This document shows, piece by piece, positions 61,240 to 64,000 of a DNA stretch of 64,000 nt. The notes beneath the pieces are model-generated. The model was not told where the DNA came from. It did not search any database and saw only the letters and a list, made by a program, of their open reading frames with translations. The position numbers and the translations under genes were made by a program. The stretch is from Leptolyngbyaceae cyanobacterium (GTDB lineage Bacteria > Cyanobacteriota > Cyanobacteriia > Phormidesmidales > Phormidesmidaceae). Location: positions 1,216,001-1,280,000 of the forward strand of contig CBDHHL010000032.1 of the NCBI GenBank assembly GCA_965263355.1. Direction: 5' to 3'. Numbering within the stretch: position 1 is the first letter of the stretch; each line of letters opens with the position of its first letter.

Positions 61240-61662
61240 CTATACAAATGGATTAACGATAGTCAGCTGCTGATTAACGATGAGGCCATTTTGCATGTCT
61301 TCTGAGTAAAGTGTGGAGACGCCCGATGACAATGCAGCCGAGACAATCAGACTATCCCAAAATGAGAGGGTATAATTTTCTCTGAGTAGTGATGCTTGAG
61401 TCAAGATGTTGGTTTCAAATGAAATGATGCGAGAGCCCTGATAGAAGCTGGCAACAAGGGATCTGATCTGTTCCTCTGAGAAGTTTGATTTTTTCTTGAG
61501 GTTAATGCAGACTTCGTTGATGACTTGGGTGCTGATAACTACGCCTGCTGTTTCAATTAGCTTAGCAGCAGTGACTTGTTTTTGTTCTGGCTGGTTTTGA
61601 GCTAAGGCATAGACCCAGATGTTGGAATCTAAAAAGTGGCCAGGAGTTGCTTTATCGCTCAT
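61240..61662 (-). CDS. PIN-domain (VapC-like) toxin
   Basis: FLDSNIWVY, STQVINE, FWDSLI and LYSED. Start placed at MSDKAT. Confidence 0.9.
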   Translation of the reverse strand: MSDKATPGHFLDSNIWVYALAQNQPEQKQVTAAKLIETAGVVISTQVINEVCINLKKKSNFSEEQIRSLVASFYQGSRIISFETNILTQASLLRENYTLSFWDSLIVSAALSSGVSTLYSEDMQNGLIVNQQLTIVNPFV

Positions 61663-61903
61663 AGATTTCTTCGCGGGTGAGGGGAGCACCATCAAATTTG
61701 ATTGGATTTTGGATGAGGTCTGCAATAATTCCGACGGCAGCGGTGGATGTAGTAGGCTCCGTAATGGCTAATGGCGACTTTGAGATATCTGTAGGTGTCC
61801 CTGTGACCTGAGCTTCTAGCAGCTGCATAAGTTGACTGACTAGATATACCAGGTCTTGGAAACTTAATCCTTTGGCGGCCTGGAGGATTTCTTTGGGAGT
61901 CAT
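61652..61903 (-). CDS. Putative antitoxin
   Basis: 83 aa, upstream of the PIN gene and overlapping it by 11 bp; ends PLTREEIYER. Confidence 0.75.
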   Translation of the reverse strand: MTPKEILQAAKGLSFQDLVYLVSQLMQLLEAQVTGTPTDISKSPLAITEPTTSTAAVGIIADLIQNPIKFDGAPLTREEIYER

Positions 61904-62169
61904 GGGATTAGATGGATAGCGGGTTTAGGACATGCAGGTTTAGCCTCAATGCTAAAGCATTCTGGCTATTTGTTTGGCAAGGTCTCCATTGATACATGCT
62001 ATGCGGATTTTTGAGTAGCGGCTCGATTTTATTCAATTACTGATGCTTTTCTAGGGAATACTGGCGTTGGCTTTAGTCAGTTAATGTCCCGATTTACTCC
62101 AAAATTGGTTGTATATTTAGAAAATCAGGACATTGGACACGTAAGCAGCCTATATCGAGAATTTTTAGC

Positions 62170-64000
62170 ATGGTCACGACGGTATCCTCAAAATACTGTA
62201 AAAATCTGGATTATAGCTTTCTATTATTGACCCATATTATTTGTGCTGACCAACAAATCCACGTTCAAGAATCGCGGGCACTGCGGGAGCTGGCTCAGCA
62301 GGTGCGTGTCGATGAGTTAACGCTCCAGGAAATGGAGAAAATCCTAGGCCAGGAGGATACTCAAATTTCGTTGGAAACAGCGGCCCAGAATGTTCCGTTG
62401 TCTCAAAGAACTGAATCCCTGAGACAGCTATTGGCCATCGCTTATGTTGACGGATATTTTTCGCCGCTAGAACGCCAGGTTATCGATCAGGTGGCTCGGA
62501 TGTGGGGTGTTCCTGGCCATGAAATTGACCAGATGCTAAAGACGGCTCAGGGGTTACAGCAATCCTATATCCGTGGAAATAGCCATGGTGAGCCAGACAA
62601 AAATCACCTGTCCATTGGGGCAAAATTACTGAAGGGGGCAGAGTCTGTTTTATCGAAATTTTTGATCACTCAGCTGACGGAATTAGCTCCAGGGGCTGTC
62701 GGTGAAAAAATTGAGCGGCTGCAGCGAGAGATTTTGTTGTCTGGTCCTGAGTATGACCAGGCAATTCAGCAATGCGCCACCATTGCGAAAGCGGATTTTG
62801 GCTATGCTGACAAGGCTCTTAAAGCCACATCCCTATCCCTTCGAAATTTAGGCAAAGGGTTACAACAGGGGATGTATACGTTCCAGCAAAAGGCGGTTGG
62901 ACAGGGCAATGCCCAAAGTGTTAAGAATGTGGCCCAGCAGCTGGAACAAACCCGAAAAAATTTCTTGTCTGAAATTTTAGAAGATTTAGAATCGGTGCAG
63001 GCGGCACTGCAAGCAAAACAGCGTTCCCTGGGGCATTTTAGTGTTGCCTTTATGGGCCGTACCAAGGTTGGTAAAAGTACGCTCCATGCAGTAATTACAA
63101 AGGAAGGCTGGGAGGCCATTGGCGTCGGTAAACAACGCACTACCCGCTATAACCGGGTGTATGAGTGGAACAATATTCGCATCATTGACACGCCGGGGAT
63201 TGGTGCGCCGGGGGGTAAAACCGATGAAGAGATTGCCCGCAACATAATTGAAGAAGCGGATGTGATTTGCTATGTGGTGACCGATGACAGTATTCAAGAG
63301 GCGGAGTTTGAATTTCTCAAAATTCTAAAAGAGAAAACTAAACCCCTGATTATTCTGCTAAATATTCAGTACAATCTGCGAGACTCTCGACGGCTGGAGC
63401 ATTTTCTAAAAAATCCAGAACGATGGTTTGCTCAAGAGGGCCGCAGTGGTATTGGGGGCCACCTAAATCGAATTCGGCGCTATGCTCAGCAGCATTATGC
63501 CAATGACTATCTGCCGGTGGTGCCGGTAATGTTGTTGGCGGCTCAGCTAGCCCAGGAACCCGACCATGGGCATCGGGCACAGCCATTGTTTAAGGCTAGC
63601 CGCATTCAAGATTTTCTAGATTCTATTCGTGTTTCGTTGATTGACTATGGGGCGATTCGGAGATCGCAAACCCTACTGGGGTCAACGGTGGGGGCTATTC
63701 ATAAGCCCCAGCAGTGGATTGGCCGTCAGGCCAAGACATATCAGGAACTGGCCCAGGATCTCCAGGAGAAACGTCAACAGCTTGCGAAACAACTTCAACA
63801 GGCCCATAACGATCAGCAAGCTACTTTAGAACAGTCCCTGCGGGAGATATTTCAATCCGCCTTTGACCAAGTGACGCCGTTTGCTGAAACCTACTGGAAG
63901 GCCGGCAAACGTAAGCTGCAGCGGAAGTGGAAAGAGGTGCTAGAAGACCTGGAGTTTGAAGAACGGCTGCAGCTAGTGGCTAAGGATACCAGCCAGGACT
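62170..64000 (+). CDS. TerB-like domain + P-loop GTPase (Era/dynamin-like) fusion, 3'-truncated (not in the ORF track)
   Basis: Open from the ATG at 62170 to the window end (at least 610 codons). TerB-like CADQQIHVQE and AYVDGYFSPLE; G1 GRTKVGKST, G2 RTT, G3 DTPG; helical C-terminal region. Confidence 0.88.
   Translation, partial: MVTTVSSKYCKNLDYSFLLLTHIICADQQIHVQESRALRELAQQVRVDELTLQEMEKILGQEDTQISLETAAQNVPLSQRTESLRQLLAIAYVDGYFSPLERQVIDQVARMWGVPGHEIDQMLKTAQGLQQSYIRGNSHGEPDKNHLSIGAKLLKGAESVLSKFLITQLTELAPGAVGEKIERLQREILLSGPEYDQAIQQCATIAKADFGYADKALKATSLSLRNLGKGLQQGMYTFQQKAVGQGNAQSVKNVAQQLEQTRKNFLSEILEDLESVQAALQAKQRSLGHFSVAFMGRTKVGKSTLHAVITKEGWEAIGVGKQRTTRYNRVYEWNNIRIIDTPGIGAPGGKTDEEIARNIIEEADVICYVVTDDSIQEAEFEFLKILKEKTKPLIILLNIQYNLRDSRRLEHFLKNPERWFAQEGRSGIGGHLNRIRRYAQQHYANDYLPVVPVMLLAAQLAQEPDHGHRAQPLFKASRIQDFLDSIRVSLIDYGAIRRSQTLLGSTVGAIHKPQQWIGRQAKTYQELAQDLQEKRQQLAKQLQQAHNDQQATLEQSLREIFQSAFDQVTPFAETYWKAGKRKLQRKWKEVLEDLEFEERLQLVAKDTSQD

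Noticed and set aside
57694..64000. Absence of HIP1 sites in the last 6.3 kb as proof of foreign origin
   Set aside because: A similar gap of about 5.8 kb (23879-29658) occurs among core genes, so the signal is too weak on its own.
1..64000. CRISPR array, tRNA, rRNA, integrase or transposase
   Set aside because: No regularly spaced repeat-spacer pattern, cloverleaf or recombinase motif found on manual reading.

Overview
A 64 kb chromosomal window from a cyanobacterium, probably a filamentous Leptolyngbya-like one. Evidence: prk, gap2, ycf4, a cyanobacterial-type rnpB, about 25 HIP1 (GCGATCGC) octamers and STRR-like intergenic repeats. Positions 1-54 kb are mostly core genes: rnpB-rnc, an EF-G paralogue, an NfeD-flotillin-flotillin operon, a DevB-DevC-DevC-DevA exporter, tmk-holB, prk, ycf4-cyclophilin-ketosynthase, ftsH, selD(fusion)-selU, gap2, murC-murB-ybaB and a cellulose-synthase-like gene. 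The last 10 kb looks accessory: an HxlR-linked redox cluster, a TPR-CHAT protease, a PIN toxin-antitoxin pair and a truncated TerB + P-loop GTPase fusion that the ORF track misses. The most interesting observations are: (1) a photolyase-family protein with a plant-cryptochrome-like Asp at the flavin-N5 position, no CPD-repair residues and a C-terminal extension; (2) a nearby 'hypothetical' whose C-terminal half aligns without gaps to allophycocyanin but has Ser at the bilin-binding Cys; (3) the TerB-GTPase fusion, a possible Eleos/LeoA-like defence gene; and (4) an unlisted 38-aa membrane microprotein. All alignments were done by eye against remembered reference motifs and need computational confirmation. 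No CRISPR array, tRNA, rRNA or intact transposase was seen.
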